Source: an uncultured Collinsella sp. (GTDB lineage: Bacteria > Actinomycetota > Coriobacteriia > Coriobacteriales > Coriobacteriaceae). From it: a DNA stretch of 64,000 bases. The position numbers and the translations under genes are program-made. The stretch spans positions 24,754 to 88,753 of the forward strand of contig CAUBPS010000008.1 of assembly GCA_958437935.1 (NCBI GenBank). Direction: 5' to 3'. This document shows, piece by piece, positions 28,749 to 41,930 of this stretch. Below the pieces are notes generated by a model. The model searched no databases and was not told where the DNA came from. It saw nothing but the letters and a program-made list of their open reading frames with translations. The first letter of the stretch is position 1; each line of letters opens with the position of its first letter.

Positions 28749-28795
28749 ATCTCCTTGCCGTGCAATCGTGTTCAACATCATCGATTGTCGCACGA

Positions 28796-28832
28796 AAAAG
28801 GGCGGCGGACCCAATTAGATCCGCCGCCCTTG
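28796..28832 (-). terminator. Terminator after clpB
   Basis: AGGGCGGCGGA/TCCGCCGCCCT stem with an A-run on the left. Confidence 0.7.
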
Positions 28833-28876
28833 GCGTTTAGAGACGGCTGGTAGATTTTAAGGCATGCCCCAAAAGT

Positions 28877-31504
28877 CTACTCGGCGTCGGGGACCTCATA
28901 GGTGGCCGCCGGCGTGTTGTCGCACACGACGGTAAAGCCGCCGTCCTTGTCGACATCGACCGTCACCTGATCGCCCTCGCGCACCGTGCCGTCGATGATA
29001 GCGGCCGCGATGGCATCCACAACCTCGCGCTGCACCAGGCGCTTGAGCGGACGGGCACCAAAGACCGGGTCCAAGCCGCCCACGGCGAGCATCTGCTTGG
29101 CTGCCGGGGTGATGGCAAGCGTCATGCGCTCCTTGGCCAGACGTGCGCGGACGTCGGCGAGCTGGATGTCGACGATCTTCTCGATCTGCGCCATGCCGAG
29201 CGGATGGAACACCACGATGTCGTCGATACGGTTGAGGAACTCGGGACGGAAAGTCTGAGCCATGGCCGCGTCGACCTGATGGCGCATCTCCTCCTCGTCC
29301 TTGCCGGACAGGTCGGCGATGGCCTTGGAACCCACGTTGGACGTCATGATGATGATCGTGTTCTTAAAGGACACCTGGCGACCCTGGCCGTCGGTCAGAC
29401 GACCGTCGTCGAGTACCTGCAGCAGTACGTTGAAGACATCCGGGTGAGCTTTCTCCATCTCATCGAGCAGGATCACGGAGTACGGACGACGGCGCACGGC
29501 CTCGGTGAGCTGGCCGCCCTCGTCGTAACCCACGTATCCCGGAGGCGCACCGATCAGACGCTGGACGCTGAACTTCTCCATGTACTCGGACATGTCGATA
29601 CGCACAAGCGCGCGCTCGTCGTCGAACAGGCACTCGGCCAGCGCCTTGGCGAGCTCGGTCTTGCCCACGCCGGTGGGGCCCAGGAAGAAGAAGCTGCCGA
29701 TGGGCTTGTCCGGGTCGGAGAGGCCCGCACGGCTGCGGCGCACAGCCGCGGCCACAGCGGAGACCGCCTCATCCTGACCGATAACGCGCTTATGCAGCTC
29801 ACCCTCCAAGCCCTTGAGCTTGTCGAGCTCGCCCTGCATCATCTTGGACACGGGCACGCCGGTCCAGGCGCTCACGACCTCGGCGATCTCATCGGAGGTC
29901 ACCTGCTCGTTGAGGCCCTCGCCGTCCTGCTGCTTTTGAGCCTCGAGCGCAGCCTCGGAATCCTGAATCTGCTGCTGCAGACCCGGAATCACGGAGTAGC
30001 GCAGCTCGGACGCACGGCCCAGATCGCCGTTGCGCGTCGCGCGTTCCTCTTCGCTTCTGGCCTCGTCGAGCTGGCCCTTAAGCTCCTGCACGTGGTCGAT
30101 GGCGTTCTTTTGGTTGAGCCAGCCGGCCTTTTGCACGTTGAGCTTTTCCTGGACCTCGGCAATCTCCTGGCGCAGGGCCTCCAGACGCTCCTTGGAGGCG
30201 TCGTCAGTCTCCTTCATGAGTGCCTGCTCCTCGATCTGCAGCTGGGTGAGCTGACGCGTGGTGGCGTCGATCTCGACCGGCATGCTGTCGAGCTCCATGC
30301 GCAGGCGGCTTGCCGCCTCATCGACCAGGTCGATGGCCTTATCGGGCAGGAAGCGGTCGGCGATGTAGCGATCGGAGAGGTCGGCGGCCGCCACGAGCGC
30401 GCCATCGGTGATGTGCACGCCGTGGAAGATCTCGTACTTCTCCTTGAGGCCACGCAGGATCGAGATGGTGTCCTCGACGGTAGGCTCGCTCACCATAACG
30501 GTCTGGAAACGACGGGCGAGCGCCGCGTCCTTCTCGATGTACTTGCGGTACTCGTCGAGCGTAGTCGCGCCGATTGCGTGCAAGTCGCCACGGGCGAGCG
30601 CCGGCTTGAGGATGTTGCCGGCATCCATGGAGCCCTCGGTGGCACCCGCGCCCACGATGGTGTGGAGCTCATCGATGAACAGGATAACCTTACCCTCGGA
30701 TTTTTGTACTTCCTTGAGCACGGCCTTCAAGCGGTCCTCGAACTCGCCGCGGTACTTGGCGCCGGCGACCAGCGCGCTCATGTCGAGCTCGATGAGGTCG
30801 CGGTCGCGCAGGGTGCTCGGCACGTCGCCGGCCACGATACGCTGGGCGATACCCTCGACGATGGCCGTCTTGCCGACGCCCGGTTCGCCGATGAGCACGG
30901 GGTTGTTCTTGGTGCGGCGGGACAGGACCTGGATGGTACGACGGATCTCGTCGGTACGGCCGATGACCGGGTCAAGCTTGCCGGCGCGAGCCAGATCGCA
31001 GATGTTGCGACCGTACTGCTCCAACGCCTCAAACTGAGTCTTGTCCTCGGCAGACGTCACGCGGTCATCGCCGCGCAGCTCCTCGTAGACCTGCTCGATG
31101 CGCTCCTTGGTGACGCCGGCGTCGCGCAGTACACGACCAGCCTCGCCCTTGTCCTCGGCAAGCGCCATCAGCAAATGCTCGGTCACCACAAAGCTGTCGC
31201 CCATCTTGGCGGCCTTCTTCTCGGCCTTCTCGATGACGCGGACGAGCTCGTTGGACAGGCCCATCTGCTGGCCCTCGCCCGAAACCTTGGGCGCGTGGTC
31301 GATGGCATCCTGTGTGGAGCGCGCGAGCTGGGCCGGGTCGGCACCGATGCGCTCGATGATCACGGAGATATTGCGCTCGCCGGCACCGAGCAGGGCGGAC
31401 AGCAGGTGAATCGGCTCCACCGCGCCGGCCTGCGCGTCGGCAGCCGTGCTCATGGCGGTCTGCAGCGCCTCGCGCGACGTCATTGCTAGCTTATCGATTC
31501 TCAT
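28877..31504 (-). CDS. clpB: ClpB chaperone
   Basis: Two AAA modules ([16 protein letters not shown]), [10 protein letters not shown]-domain coiled coil, GYVGY. Confidence 0.96.
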   Translation of the reverse strand: MRIDKLAMTSREALQTAMSTAADAQAGAVEPIHLLSALLGAGERNISVIIERIGADPAQLARSTQDAIDHAPKVSGEGQQMGLSNELVRVIEKAEKKAAKMGDSFVVTEHLLMALAEDKGEAGRVLRDAGVTKERIEQVYEELRGDDRVTSAEDKTQFEALEQYGRNICDLARAGKLDPVIGRTDEIRRTIQVLSRRTKNNPVLIGEPGVGKTAIVEGIAQRIVAGDVPSTLRDRDLIELDMSALVAGAKYRGEFEDRLKAVLKEVQKSEGKVILFIDELHTIVGAGATEGSMDAGNILKPALARGDLHAIGATTLDEYRKYIEKDAALARRFQTVMVSEPTVEDTISILRGLKEKYEIFHGVHITDGALVAAADLSDRYIADRFLPDKAIDLVDEAASRLRMELDSMPVEIDATTRQLTQLQIEEQALMKETDDASKERLEALRQEIAEVQEKLNVQKAGWLNQKNAIDHVQELKGQLDEARSEEERATRNGDLGRASELRYSVIPGLQQQIQDSEAALEAQKQQDGEGLNEQVTSDEIAEVVSAWTGVPVSKMMQGELDKLKGLEGELHKRVIGQDEAVSAVAAAVRRSRAGLSDPDKPIGSFFFLGPTGVGKTELAKALAECLFDDERALVRIDMSEYMEKFSVQRLIGAPPGYVGYDEGGQLTEAVRRRPYSVILLDEMEKAHPDVFNVLLQVLDDGRLTDGQGRQVSFKNTIIIMTSNVGSKAIADLSGKDEEEMRHQVDAAMAQTFRPEFLNRIDDIVVFHPLGMAQIEKIVDIQLADVRARLAKERMTLAITPAAKQMLAVGGLDPVFGARPLKRLVQREVVDAIAAAIIDGTVREGDQVTVDVDKDGGFTVVCDNTPAATYEVPDAE

Positions 31505-31593
31505 GGAATCACCTCTCTTGGGGTGGCCGCCCTACGGGGCGGCTTCACGTTGTTCGAGAAGTATTGTTGCCAGCTTTGCGCGATCTTATACAT

Positions 31594-31620
31594 AAATCTA
31601 AGTCTCTATATATAAGATTT
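31594..31620. promoter_or_regulatory. Candidate HspR operator upstream of clpB
   Basis: AAATCTAAGT-N7-TATAAGATTT; arms identical to the copy upstream of dnaK. Confidence 0.65.
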
Positions 31621-31682
31621 TCTGAGTGATTGATGGATAGGGTACTGAGATGTCAGCCCGCCGCTGCCCAGGCGCACTACCG

Positions 31683-31943
31683 TCTCGATCTGTAACATCT
31701 AGCAGCCATTTTTGATCCTAGATGTTACAGATCGAGATGAAATGACCAGCGGCAACCGTTTGTCTCAATCTGTAACATCTACTCGGCAAATTAGGGTCTA
31801 ACTGTTACAGATCGAGACAAACCGAAGACACCCGAATCGAAAATCTAAATCTGTAACACCAGGCCCACTTTTAGCGGCCAAGATGTTACAGATCGAGACA
31901 AACCAAGAACCACCACAAAGGTGCCCGTCCCCTTTGTGGTGGT
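31683..31943. repeat. Array of three ~80-bp palindromic units plus a terminal REP-like hairpin
   Basis: TCT(C/A)(G/A)ATCTGTAACA and its complement alternate every ~40 bp; then ACCACCACAAAG...CTTTGTGGTGGT. Confidence 0.85.
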
Positions 31944-32393
31944 CCAGAGAAGAATCAACCCCGATTAAAAGAGGCGACATCAAGCCCAGTCTACGTTTGG
32001 CGATCCCAAGACCCAACGAGAACACAGCGACGAAATCGAGGACCAACGATAGCCCGTTCGCACAGATATTGATGGAGATTCAAGACATGGGTGCTGGCTT
32101 AAACGGCTTGGCTATCGTACGCCACAACGTTCTCGTCATCGTCCCTGTCGTTTTTATAGTGCTTATAGTGAAAATAGCGAGTTTAGTGAGAACAGTATTG
32201 CGCAAAACTCGTGAACTCAATTATTGACCTCTCGCCCAGAACGAGGGGAGGCAAATACTCCTATTAGAGATCAAATCGAAGCCCAATAGGGCCTTTTAGC
32301 CCCGTCATTTCGAACGATCGCTTTCTTTTGAATATTGTCGTAAGCTGGTATCATTTATCTTAATGAATGCATACTGTTTGCGAGGTGCCCGCC

Positions 32394-33041
32394 GTGAAAC
32401 GATCCACCTATATCGGCCTGCTCGTCTTAGCGTTTGCAATTACCGCAGTCGGCGTAGGCATTATCTATCTCGCATTTCTCCCTGCCTCGGCAACGCAGGC
32501 GGCGGTTGAAACCGTAAGCTACCCCATCGAAATCCTCACCGATATCGTCAAACCCGATTCAATCACCGTCGATTTTGACGGTACGCCCGCAGCGCTTGGG
32601 GTCAGTAACTATCCCCGAATCGAACTTGGGGCCACGCGCTATACCCAAGATGAGCAGCTTATCGGCAAGGCAACCAATTTACTCAAAGGCAAGACGTTTA
32701 ATCGATGGTACGGCGCCGCAATATATCGAGCCAAGAAAGGCCAAATGGTTGGCGGGTATTATTCGACCCTTGAACTCGATGCGGCAAACGGGAGTAGACT
32801 GTGCAGCGTTTCATACGACCCCGGCTACGTGGACAACGAAGGGCCGGGAGTCTATATCTCGGATGGCAACGTGATCTACGTCATGGCGGGCGATCAGACG
32901 GCAGTCGTCAATTTTATGGATCGGTGTACCGAGGATGCCTACGAACAAACCTGCGAGCCCGATCCGCAGACAGCGCGCGACAGCAGCTCAGCACGCACTT
33001 GGCTATTTGACGATGAAATAACCTGGACCCCATCGAAATAA
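32394..33041 (+). CDS. Hypothetical membrane-anchored or secreted protein
   Basis: GTG start after GAGGTG; basic N-terminus plus hydrophobic helix; lies between two repeat arrays. Confidence 0.65.
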   Translation: MKRSTYIGLLVLAFAITAVGVGIIYLAFLPASATQAAVETVSYPIEILTDIVKPDSITVDFDGTPAALGVSNYPRIELGATRYTQDEQLIGKATNLLKGKTFNRWYGAAIYRAKKGQMVGGYYSTLELDAANGSRLCSVSYDPGYVDNEGPGVYISDGNVIYVMAGDQTAVVNFMDRCTEDAYEQTCEPDPQTARDSSSARTWLFDDEITWTPSK

Positions 33042-33094
33042 GAACCCGCCGGACAGGCACCTTTGTGGCGGTTTTCGGCTCCGGCGCTCCGCTG

Positions 33095-33272
33095 TCTCAA
33101 TCTGTAACAGCTAGCGGCCCTTTTGGGTCCTTGGTGTTACAGATTGAGATGAAATGACCGACGGCAACCGTTTGTCTAAATCTGTAACAACTACTCGGCA
33201 AATTGGGGCTTAGATGTTACAGATCGAGATAAACGGGACCACCACAAAGGTGCCTGTCCCCTTTGTGGTGGT
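33095..33272. repeat. Second array (two ~80-bp units plus hairpin)
   Basis: Same 15-mer, similar linker and hairpin, same orientation as 31683-31943. Confidence 0.85.
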
Positions 33273-33322
33273 CCCAGTCTTTTTTAGCGCCCCTCAAGAC
33301 CCAACGAGAACGCAGGAATGTA

Positions 33323-33396
33323 GCCCGGGGCTTACCCTTTCCCGAACGCGACCCTCGCGAAGCGCGTGAGCGGGCGGGAAAGGGTAAGCCCCGGGC
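33323..33396. repeat. Perfect 22-bp inverted repeat
   Basis: GCCCGGGGCTTACCCTTTCCCG / CGGGAAAGGGTAAGCCCCGGGC, just downstream of the hydratase stop. Confidence 0.75.
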
Positions 33397-33411
33397 GGAC
33401 AATTAAGTGCG

Positions 33412-35712
33412 TTACTCGGCAGCGACCTTGAACTTGTTGTAGTTGATCAAGCAGCCGGCCTTGACGATGGCACGCTCCTCGGCCGTTATATCGGCGATGT
33501 AGAGCTCAATCTGCTCGACCGCACCGTCGGCACACACCACGTAGGCAGCAATGTTCTTGAGGTCGCCATCGAGCGCGGCACGGATACCCGGCACAAAGAC
33601 GTAGTCGCCCACCTCAAAGTTGGGCTCGGCCTCCATCTGGAAGGGCACCATGCCCCAATTCATCACGTTGGAGCGATAGCGCTTGGTGGCGTACTCGTGG
33701 ACGATGTTGGCCAGGCCGCCGATCACGCGCTGGCAGCTCGCAGCCTGCTCGCGGGCAGAACCGTCGCCCGGCTTCTTGGCGTAGAGCATGGAGCCGTACT
33801 CGGTCGCCTTGGCATCGGCCGCGACACCCGCGCCGGCCAGCGCCTCAAACACACCAGCAAGCTCGGCATCGAGCGCCGCCAGGTCGCCTGCGGACTCACC
33901 GGCAACGCGGCGCTTTTCCACCGCATCGACCTCCTTGGAGCGGCCCACGTAGGCCGGATCGCGACGGCTGAGCGTAAACTCGGCCAGGCCCAGCGGGTTG
34001 GAGCGGAAGGAGCTCGTCTCGCCCGAGGGAATGAGTTCGTCGGTCGTGGTGACCGGGTCCATGATCTTGGAGCATACCTTGAGCAGGATATCGTCGCAGA
34101 GCGGCTCCATCGCGGGCCATGGCTTGATGTTGGGACCCTCGACCAGCTCGTCGGCAGGCTCAGCCTTGCCAAAGCCCCAGTACACGCGCTTTTTGTACGG
34201 CGCGTCGTCGAAGGTGTACTCGCAGGCCTCGTCCCAGGTCTCCTCGGGCAGGTCGGTCGCCGGCGTCAGGATGCCGCCGTTGGCCGCCGTCGCCGCAATG
34301 GAGCGGGCGTCCATCAGGGCCACGGCGCTCAGCTGGCCGTTACCCGGCTTGGAACCCTCACGATTGGGGAAGTTGCGCGTGGTGTGGCGGATGGACAGGC
34401 CGTTGTTGGCAGGCGTGTCTCCGGCACCGAAACACGGGCCACAGAACGCCGTGCGCACAATCGCGCCGGCCTCCATGAGGTCGTAGATGTAGCCGCGGCG
34501 CGTGAGCTCGAGCGCCACGGGCTGGCTCGTGGGATAGACCGACAGCGAGAACTCGCCGCAGCCGGTGTTGGCGCCCTTGAGCACGCGGGCCGCCTGCACC
34601 ACGGAATCGTAGTTGCCGCCCGAGCAGCCGGCGATGACGCCCTGCTGCACGTGCAGCTTGCCGTCGACGATCTTGTCGAGCAGGCTGAAGTGCGTCTTGC
34701 CCTCGCCGATCTTGGCGGCCTCGAGCTCAACCTCGTGCAGGATATCCTCGAGGTTCTCGTTGAGCTCGTCGATCTCAAAGCCGTTGGAAGGATGGAACGG
34801 CAGAGCGATCATAGGTTTAATGCTCGACAGGTCGACCTCGACACAGCCGTCGTAGTAGGCGACGTCGGCGGGCTTGAGCTCGCGATAGTCTTCGCCGCGG
34901 CCGTGCATGGTCAAAAACGCGTGCGTGTCCTCGTCGGTAGCCCAAATGGAGGAGAGGCAGGTGGTCTCGGTGGTCATGACGTCGACGCCGTTGCGGTAGT
35001 CGGTCGTCATGCTCGCGATGCCGGGGCCCACGAACTCCATGACCTTGTTCTTGACGTAGCCCTTGGCAAAGACGGCGCGGATGATGGCGAGCGCCACGTC
35101 ATGCGGGCCGACGCCGGGGCGCGGGGCACCCGTGAGGTAGATGGCCACGACGCCGGGATAGGCGACGTCGTAGGTGTCGCGCAGCAACTGCTTGGCCAGC
35201 TCGCCGCCGCCCTCGCCCACGGCCATGGTGCCCAGGGCGCCGTAGCGGGTGTGCGAGTCGGAGCCCAGGATCATCTTGCCGCAACCGGCGAAGTTCTCGC
35301 GCATAAAGGAGTGGATAACGGCGATGTGGGGCGGGACGAAGATGCCGCCGTACTTCTTGGCAGCCGAGAGGCCAAAGACGTGGTCGTCCTCGTTGATGGT
35401 GCCGCCCACGGCGCACAGCGAGTTGTGGCAGTTGGTGAGCACGTAGGGCAGCGGGAACTGTTCCATGCCCGAGGCGCGCGCCGTCTGGATGATGCCGACG
35501 AAAGTGATGTCGTGGCTCGCCATGGCGTCGAAGCGAATCTTGAGTGCCTCGGGGTCGCCCGACGTGTTATGTGCCTGAAGAATCGAATAAGCGATGGTGC
35601 CGCGCTTGGCATCCTCGGGCGTCTGCGCAATGCCGCGCTCTGCAGCCTTGGCCGCCGGCACAACCTCGTTGCCGTTACGCAGGTAGATGCCGTCCTCGTA
35701 CAGCTTGACCAT
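33412..35712 (-). CDS. Aconitase-family hydratase (YbhJ-like)
   Basis: SHDIT, GSDSHT, Fe-S ligands IAGCSGG and [30 protein letters not shown]. Confidence 0.88.
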   Translation of the reverse strand: MVKLYEDGIYLRNGNEVVPAAKAAERGIAQTPEDAKRGTIAYSILQAHNTSGDPEALKIRFDAMASHDITFVGIIQTARASGMEQFPLPYVLTNCHNSLCAVGGTINEDDHVFGLSAAKKYGGIFVPPHIAVIHSFMRENFAGCGKMILGSDSHTRYGALGTMAVGEGGGELAKQLLRDTYDVAYPGVVAIYLTGAPRPGVGPHDVALAIIRAVFAKGYVKNKVMEFVGPGIASMTTDYRNGVDVMTTETTCLSSIWATDEDTHAFLTMHGRGEDYRELKPADVAYYDGCVEVDLSSIKPMIALPFHPSNGFEIDELNENLEDILHEVELEAAKIGEGKTHFSLLDKIVDGKLHVQQGVIAGCSGGNYDSVVQAARVLKGANTGCGEFSLSVYPTSQPVALELTRRGYIYDLMEAGAIVRTAFCGPCFGAGDTPANNGLSIRHTTRNFPNREGSKPGNGQLSAVALMDARSIAATAANGGILTPATDLPEETWDEACEYTFDDAPYKKRVYWGFGKAEPADELVEGPNIKPWPAMEPLCDDILLKVCSKIMDPVTTTDELIPSGETSSFRSNPLGLAEFTLSRRDPAYVGRSKEVDAVEKRRVAGESAGDLAALDAELAGVFEALAGAGVAADAKATEYGSMLYAKKPGDGSAREQAASCQRVIGGLANIVHEYATKRYRSNVMNWGMVPFQMEAEPNFEVGDYVFVPGIRAALDGDLKNIAAYVVCADGAVEQIELYIADITAEERAIVKAGCLINYNKFKVAAE

Positions 35713-35867
35713 TCTGTCTCCCACTCTGCCCGAAAACTCGGGCGCATAGCATACATTCGTTCAATATCGTGCCATAGAACAATTGCCAGCGGGTTACGAA
35801 TCTCGGCGTTCACTTTATCTCAGTAAAGCACAGGGCGGTATTGGTGCGAGGAGTGTCCCAAGGTGCC

Positions 35868-35950
35868 GGCACAAAAGGAACGTCCCCAAGTGCCAAGTAT
35901 CGCAAGAGTGTCCCCTTTGACTAGTCATTTAAGAACGTCCCCAATGACTA
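35868..35950. repeat. REP-like hairpin cluster
   Basis: GGCAC..AACGTCCCCAA..GTGCC and TAGTCA..AACGTCCCCAA..TGACTA. Confidence 0.65.
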
Positions 35951-35984
35951 CCCATAACAACGCCGATGTTTTGGCAGCGACAGC

Positions 35985-36028
35985 AAAAACCCGCCAGAGC
36001 TGAAAGGCAGATTGCCGCTCTGGCGGGC
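35985..36028 (-). terminator. Terminator of the dnaK operon
   Basis: CCCGCCAGAGC/GCTCTGGCGGG stem with an A-run on the left. Confidence 0.6.
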
Positions 36029-36072
36029 TTGCAGCGTCGGCCGGTTACGGCGTTTGGTAAAACGCCGAAACC

Positions 36073-36489
36073 CTAAAGACCTCCTCCGGCGCCCAAAAGC
36101 TTGCGCATGACTTGCTCGGGGTTGACTGAACCGTCGCGCGGGGCCAGGGCGGTAATCTTCTTCTGCATCTTGTACTCGTGCAGCTCTTCCTCGAGCTGGC
36201 GCACGCGGGCGCGGAGCTTCTCGTTCTCGCGCTCGCGCTCCTCGGCACGCTCCTTCATATCGAGGATACGCACCACGCCGGCGAGGTTGATGCCCTCGTC
36301 GGTGAGCTGGTTGATGAGCTCCAGGCGCTCGATATCGGCACGCGAGTACAGGCGCGTGTTACCGCCCGAGCGCTGGGGGTTCACCAGGCCCTTGGACTCG
36401 TAGACGCGCAGGGTCTGCGGGTGCATGCCGGTCAGCTCGGCCGCCACGCTGATCATGTACAGCGGTTTGTTCCTATTGTCCTCGGCCAT
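36073..36489 (-). CDS. hspR: Heat-shock repressor HspR (MerR family)
   Basis: YMISVAAELTGMHPQTLRVYE, GINLAGV; last gene of the dnaK operon. Confidence 0.92.
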   Translation of the reverse strand: MAEDNRNKPLYMISVAAELTGMHPQTLRVYESKGLVNPQRSGGNTRLYSRADIERLELINQLTDEGINLAGVVRILDMKERAEERERENEKLRARVRQLEEELHEYKMQKKITALAPRDGSVNPEQVMRKLLGAGGGL

Positions 36490-36552
36490 ACTCACAGACC
36501 CCTTCTTAATCAACCTCATCCCAAAGCGGCTTTCCCGCCTCGGGCTCCATTT

Positions 36553-37518
36553 TTAATACGTCGCCTTGTAACGGTTGACCTTCTCGCGATAGTCGCGTGT
36601 GTCGGCCTCGCGCAACTTGGTCATGGCCTCGCGCTCGTCGTCGGACAGGTTCGTGGGAACCTGCACCTTAATCTCGACGAGCAGCGCACCGGTGCGACCG
36701 CGATGCTTGACGTCGGGCGCACCCATTTCCTTAAAGCGGAACTTCTTGCCCGCCTGGGTACCCGCGGGCACCTTCAGACGAACCGTCGCGCCGCCGGGCG
36801 TGGGTACGTCAACCGTGCAGCCGAGCGCCGCCTCGTAGACCGAGACCGGCACCTCCATGGTCACGTCGGCACCTTTACGCTTAAACAGCGGGTGCTCCTC
36901 CACATGCGTGGTCACGACCAGGTCGCCGCGCTCGCCTCCGGCAACGCCGTACTCGCCGCGGCGTTTGTAACGCAATTTGCCGCCGTCGACCGCACCCGCA
37001 GGCACCGAGACCGTGATGGTCTGCTGCTCGCCCGTCGAGGGAATGCGGTAGGTGACCTTGTGCGTCACGCCGCGGAACGCGTCCTCGGCCGTTACGTCGA
37101 CAGTCAGCGACAGGTCGCCGCCCTTGCGCGCGCGGTTGCGGCCCGCGCCCGCACCGGCAGCGCCCGCAGCCCCGGCAAAGCCCGAGCCCCAATCGCTGCC
37201 CCAGGCGCCGTTGCCACTAAAGATGCTGTCGAAGATATCGCCCCAGCCGCTCGCGCCGGCACCGGCGCCGTAGCCGCCGCTATACGCGCCGCCCGCACCC
37301 GGCATGCCGCCGAACATGAGCATCTGGTCGTACTCTTTGCGCTTCTTCTCGTCCGAAAGCGTCTCGTAGGCCTCGCTAATCTCCTTAAACTTGGCCTCGT
37401 CGCCGCCGGCATCGGGGTGATATTTTTGCGCGAGCTTGCGAAACGCGCTCTTGATCTCTTTGTCGGAGGCGCTCTTGGATACGCCCAGGATGTCATAGAA
37501 GGTTTTGCCTGCAGCCAT
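36553..37518 (-). CDS. dnaJ: DnaJ/CbpA-type co-chaperone lacking the zinc finger
   Basis: J-domain with KYHPD, G/F-rich linker, C-terminal domain, no CxxCxGxG. Confidence 0.9.
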   Translation of the reverse strand: MAAGKTFYDILGVSKSASDKEIKSAFRKLAQKYHPDAGGDEAKFKEISEAYETLSDEKKRKEYDQMLMFGGMPGAGGAYSGGYGAGAGASGWGDIFDSIFSGNGAWGSDWGSGFAGAAGAAGAGAGRNRARKGGDLSLTVDVTAEDAFRGVTHKVTYRIPSTGEQQTITVSVPAGAVDGGKLRYKRRGEYGVAGGERGDLVVTTHVEEHPLFKRKGADVTMEVPVSVYEAALGCTVDVPTPGGATVRLKVPAGTQAGKKFRFKEMGAPDVKHRGRTGALLVEIKVQVPTNLSDDEREAMTKLREADTRDYREKVNRYKATY

Positions 37519-37626
37519 CGTAGCTCCTCTCCTGTTACGCCCGCCGTCCATGCAGACGACGGCTCATGCTTTCATATGGCACTAGGCCAGAAAGGGCCCC
37601 GGGTGTTGCCCCGGGGCCCTTCTCAA

Positions 37627-38469
37627 TTACTCCTCGGTGCTCTCGGCCGTATCGGCCGCGGCATCCTCGGGCGCCGCTTCGGGCTCCGGTGCGGGGCGCT
37701 TCTCGCCACCGTAGGTCACCGTCACCATCGCGGAGCGCAGGATGCGGTCCGCCATGCGGTAGCCCTTCTGGTACACGTCGTTGACGGTCTCGTCGTACTG
37801 CGATGCGTCCTCGACACGCCCCACGGCCTGGTGCTCGAGCGGATCGAACGCCTCGCCCTTGGGGTCGATGGGCTCAACGCCCTCGTGCGCAAACACGTCG
37901 AGCAGCTTGGCATGCACTGCGTCAACGCCATCGACGAACTGCTTAAAATCGTCGGAAAGCTCCTGGCTACGGGCATGGTCGATTGCACGCTCGATATCGT
38001 CAACCACCGGCAGCAGCGCAGTGACGAGCTTCTCGGTCGCGCGCTCGCGCTCGGCGATGCGCTCGTTGGCGGTGCGGCGACGGAAGTTCTCCCAGTCGGC
38101 CTGTAGACGGGCGGTGCGCTCGGTGGCGTCCTTTGCCTTGTCCTCGGCGGCCTTCTGAGCCTCTGCCGCAGCATCGAGCTCGTTACGCACGTCGGCAAGC
38201 TCCTTTTGGGCCTGCTCGAACTTGAGCTTAAAGTCGTTGTCGGCGGCTTCCTCACCGGCGCGGATAGCGGCTTCCACCATCTCGTCCTCGGTCATCGTCG
38301 CCTCCTTGTTGGTATCCTCTACCTGGTTCTCGGCAGCCTCGGCGGCCTCGGCCTCGTTGGCCTCGGTATCGTCGACGGCCTCTACGGGAATCTTCACGTC
38401 CTTCTCCTTGGAGTCAACAGGGGCGGCGCCAGCGGCAGCCGCCTCCGTGCGAGCTTTACGGGCGGACAT
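37627..38469 (-). CDS. grpE: GrpE nucleotide exchange factor
   Basis: RLQADWENFRRR, FDPLEHQAV, QKGYRMADRILRSAMVTV. Confidence 0.93.
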   Translation of the reverse strand: MSARKARTEAAAAGAAPVDSKEKDVKIPVEAVDDTEANEAEAAEAAENQVEDTNKEATMTEDEMVEAAIRAGEEAADNDFKLKFEQAQKELADVRNELDAAAEAQKAAEDKAKDATERTARLQADWENFRRRTANERIAERERATEKLVTALLPVVDDIERAIDHARSQELSDDFKQFVDGVDAVHAKLLDVFAHEGVEPIDPKGEAFDPLEHQAVGRVEDASQYDETVNDVYQKGYRMADRILRSAMVTVTYGGEKRPAPEPEAAPEDAAADTAESTEE

Positions 38470-38471
38470 GA

Positions 38472-40364
<1,893 letters not shown>

Positions 40365-40473
40365 TAGAAATTCCCTCTCTCTTGTGCGTTCGCGCCGCGT
40401 CGGCGGACTGCCGCGCGACGCTTCGGCTTGTCTTTCAGGATGTAGTGTATCCCCTTATGGGCCGGAATATACA

Positions 40474-40500
40474 AAATCTAAGTCAATTCATATAAGATTT
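40474..40500. promoter_or_regulatory. Candidate HspR operator upstream of dnaK
   Basis: AAATCTAAGT-N7-TATAAGATTT. Confidence 0.65.
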
Positions 40501-40622
40501 CTTATCTCTGCGAGTTTAGGTTCGCAAAAGCGCAGGTAGATGCACTGTTTGAGTTCTCAGCAGATCTATTGAGATCTATGTAGAGATGGCTGAGGTTTGG
40601 GTCCGAAGGTGCCTAGGGCTGC

Positions 40623-40740
40623 CTTGCGGAAAGGGTATCCCGGTCTGAGCGCGAATTCTGGGACACAGTTTCCGCCGGGCGGTCCGACCGGAAGCTGCGA
40701 CCCGTTTTTCGGCCAAATAACGGGATGCCCTTTCCGCAAG
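40623..40740. repeat. Long imperfect hairpin element
   Basis: 20-bp arms CTTGCGGAAAGGGTATCCCG / CGGGATGCCCTTTCCGCAAG plus inner pairing. Confidence 0.65.
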
Positions 40741-40959
40741 CACGCTCAATCGCCCAATAATTCAAGTCACCTTTAGCTAACATTTGCGCAGCTCAACGGC
40801 CTAACCTGCGTGTTTTTTAGTAAGCCGTGGCATACTCGGCGAACGGTATGAAGATGCCGGTCAGAGGGTATTGCAAACGGTCGCTGCCGTGGTATGTTTT
40901 TGCCCGAATCAAACCGACGCGCATCGCCTGTAGCGTCGGTCAACAGAGAGGAAACTACC

Positions 40960-41145
40960 ATGGCTCATCCCGTAATTGATGCCGACGAGTGCATCGCTTG
41001 TGGCGTTTGCGTCGACTCCTGCCCCGCTGGCGTTCTGGAGCTCCAGGACGTCGCTACCGTCGCTGACGAGGACTCCTGCGTCGCTTGTGGCGCTTGCCAG
41101 GACGCTTGCCCCGCTGGCGCGATCACCGAGATCGTCGAGGAGTAA
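40960..41145 (+). CDS. 2x[4Fe-4S] ferredoxin
   Basis: Two CxxCxxCxxxCP motifs; GAGG RBS. Confidence 0.93.
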   Translation: MAHPVIDADECIACGVCVDSCPAGVLELQDVATVADEDSCVACGACQDACPAGAITEIVEE

Positions 41146-41184
41146 CAACTCCCCCACTTGCACACTCAAAAGTACACCGTGCAC

Positions 41185-41227
41185 AAAAAGGAGGCCTCCG
41201 CATCGCCGCGGAGGCCTCCTTTTGTTT
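41185..41227. terminator. Bidirectional-type terminator
   Basis: AAAAGGAGGCCTCCGC/GCGGAGGCCTCCTTTT between convergent genes. Confidence 0.75.
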
Positions 41228-41384
41228 ACACGAGCAACCACTATAGCAACGCCGCAGGTTGAGCATAAGTCAGCGAAAACGCCCATAAGCGAGCAAGGTG
41301 ACGTGAAAGAGGGGGAAGCGTACTTTGGTACGCGACCGACGATTGAACGTCAGATTGCCGCTTAGGGGCGTTTGCAGCGTCGAG

Positions 41385-41930
41385 CTAGGACAAGTCGTCC
41401 TCATAGGGCATGATCTCGGCCAGGTAGCCCTTCTTTTTGAGTATGGCCTCGATCTCGTCGAGGGTCTGCTCGTCTTCTGCCGCAATGCGATGGAAGTGAT
41501 AGCCGCTGGTCACCGTCAGCAGCGGAAAGCTCTTGCCGCTGGCGATGTCGTGCAGGTAGCGCTCGATATCGCGGCGGTTGCGGATGTCCAGGTCGGCCGT
41601 GATCTTGCCGTACACGCGATGGTTGACGATCACGTTGAGCACGGCGCCGCCCGCATCGACGATGCTCGTGAGCTCGTCGCCCGCCTGTTCCACGCTGTGG
41701 CGCACCTTGACCAAGCGCGTGGGCACAGCCGGGCTGCTCTCGGCTTCCTGCAGCACGTAGCCGCGGTTGGTAGCGACGATATCGTGCCCGTCGGCGCGCA
41801 GCAAGGCAATGTCTTGCACCACGACCTGACGGCTCACGCCCACCTCGCGGGCAAGCGCGCTGCCCGAAACGGGATCTTTAGCCCCCTCGAGCACGGCCAT
41901 GATGGCACGGCGACGCTCGCGGGCGTTCAT
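41385..41930 (-). CDS. niaR: Niacin-responsive repressor NiaR (HTH + 3H domain)
   Basis: VSRQVVVQDIALLRA, HRVYG, SGYHFH. Confidence 0.9.
   Translation of the reverse strand: MNARERRRAIMAVLEGAKDPVSGSALAREVGVSRQVVVQDIALLRADGHDIVATNRGYVLQEAESSPAVPTRLVKVRHSVEQAGDELTSIVDAGGAVLNVIVNHRVYGKITADLDIRNRRDIERYLHDIASGKSFPLLTVTSGYHFHRIAAEDEQTLDEIEAILKKKGYLAEIMPYEDDLS

Noticed and set aside
29204..31489. 761-aa plus-strand ORF
   Set aside because: Antisense shadow of clpB, typical of high-GC codon bias; no motifs
31883..32227. 114-aa ORF
   Set aside because: Begins inside the repeat array with a non-ATG start and no clear RBS; only the short hydrophobic 3' part could be real
31683..33272. Regularly spaced repeats as a CRISPR array
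   Set aside because: The 15-mers alternate in orientation, the intervening segments resemble each other, and no cas genes are present
33697..35826. 709-aa plus-strand ORF
   Set aside because: Antisense shadow of the hydratase gene
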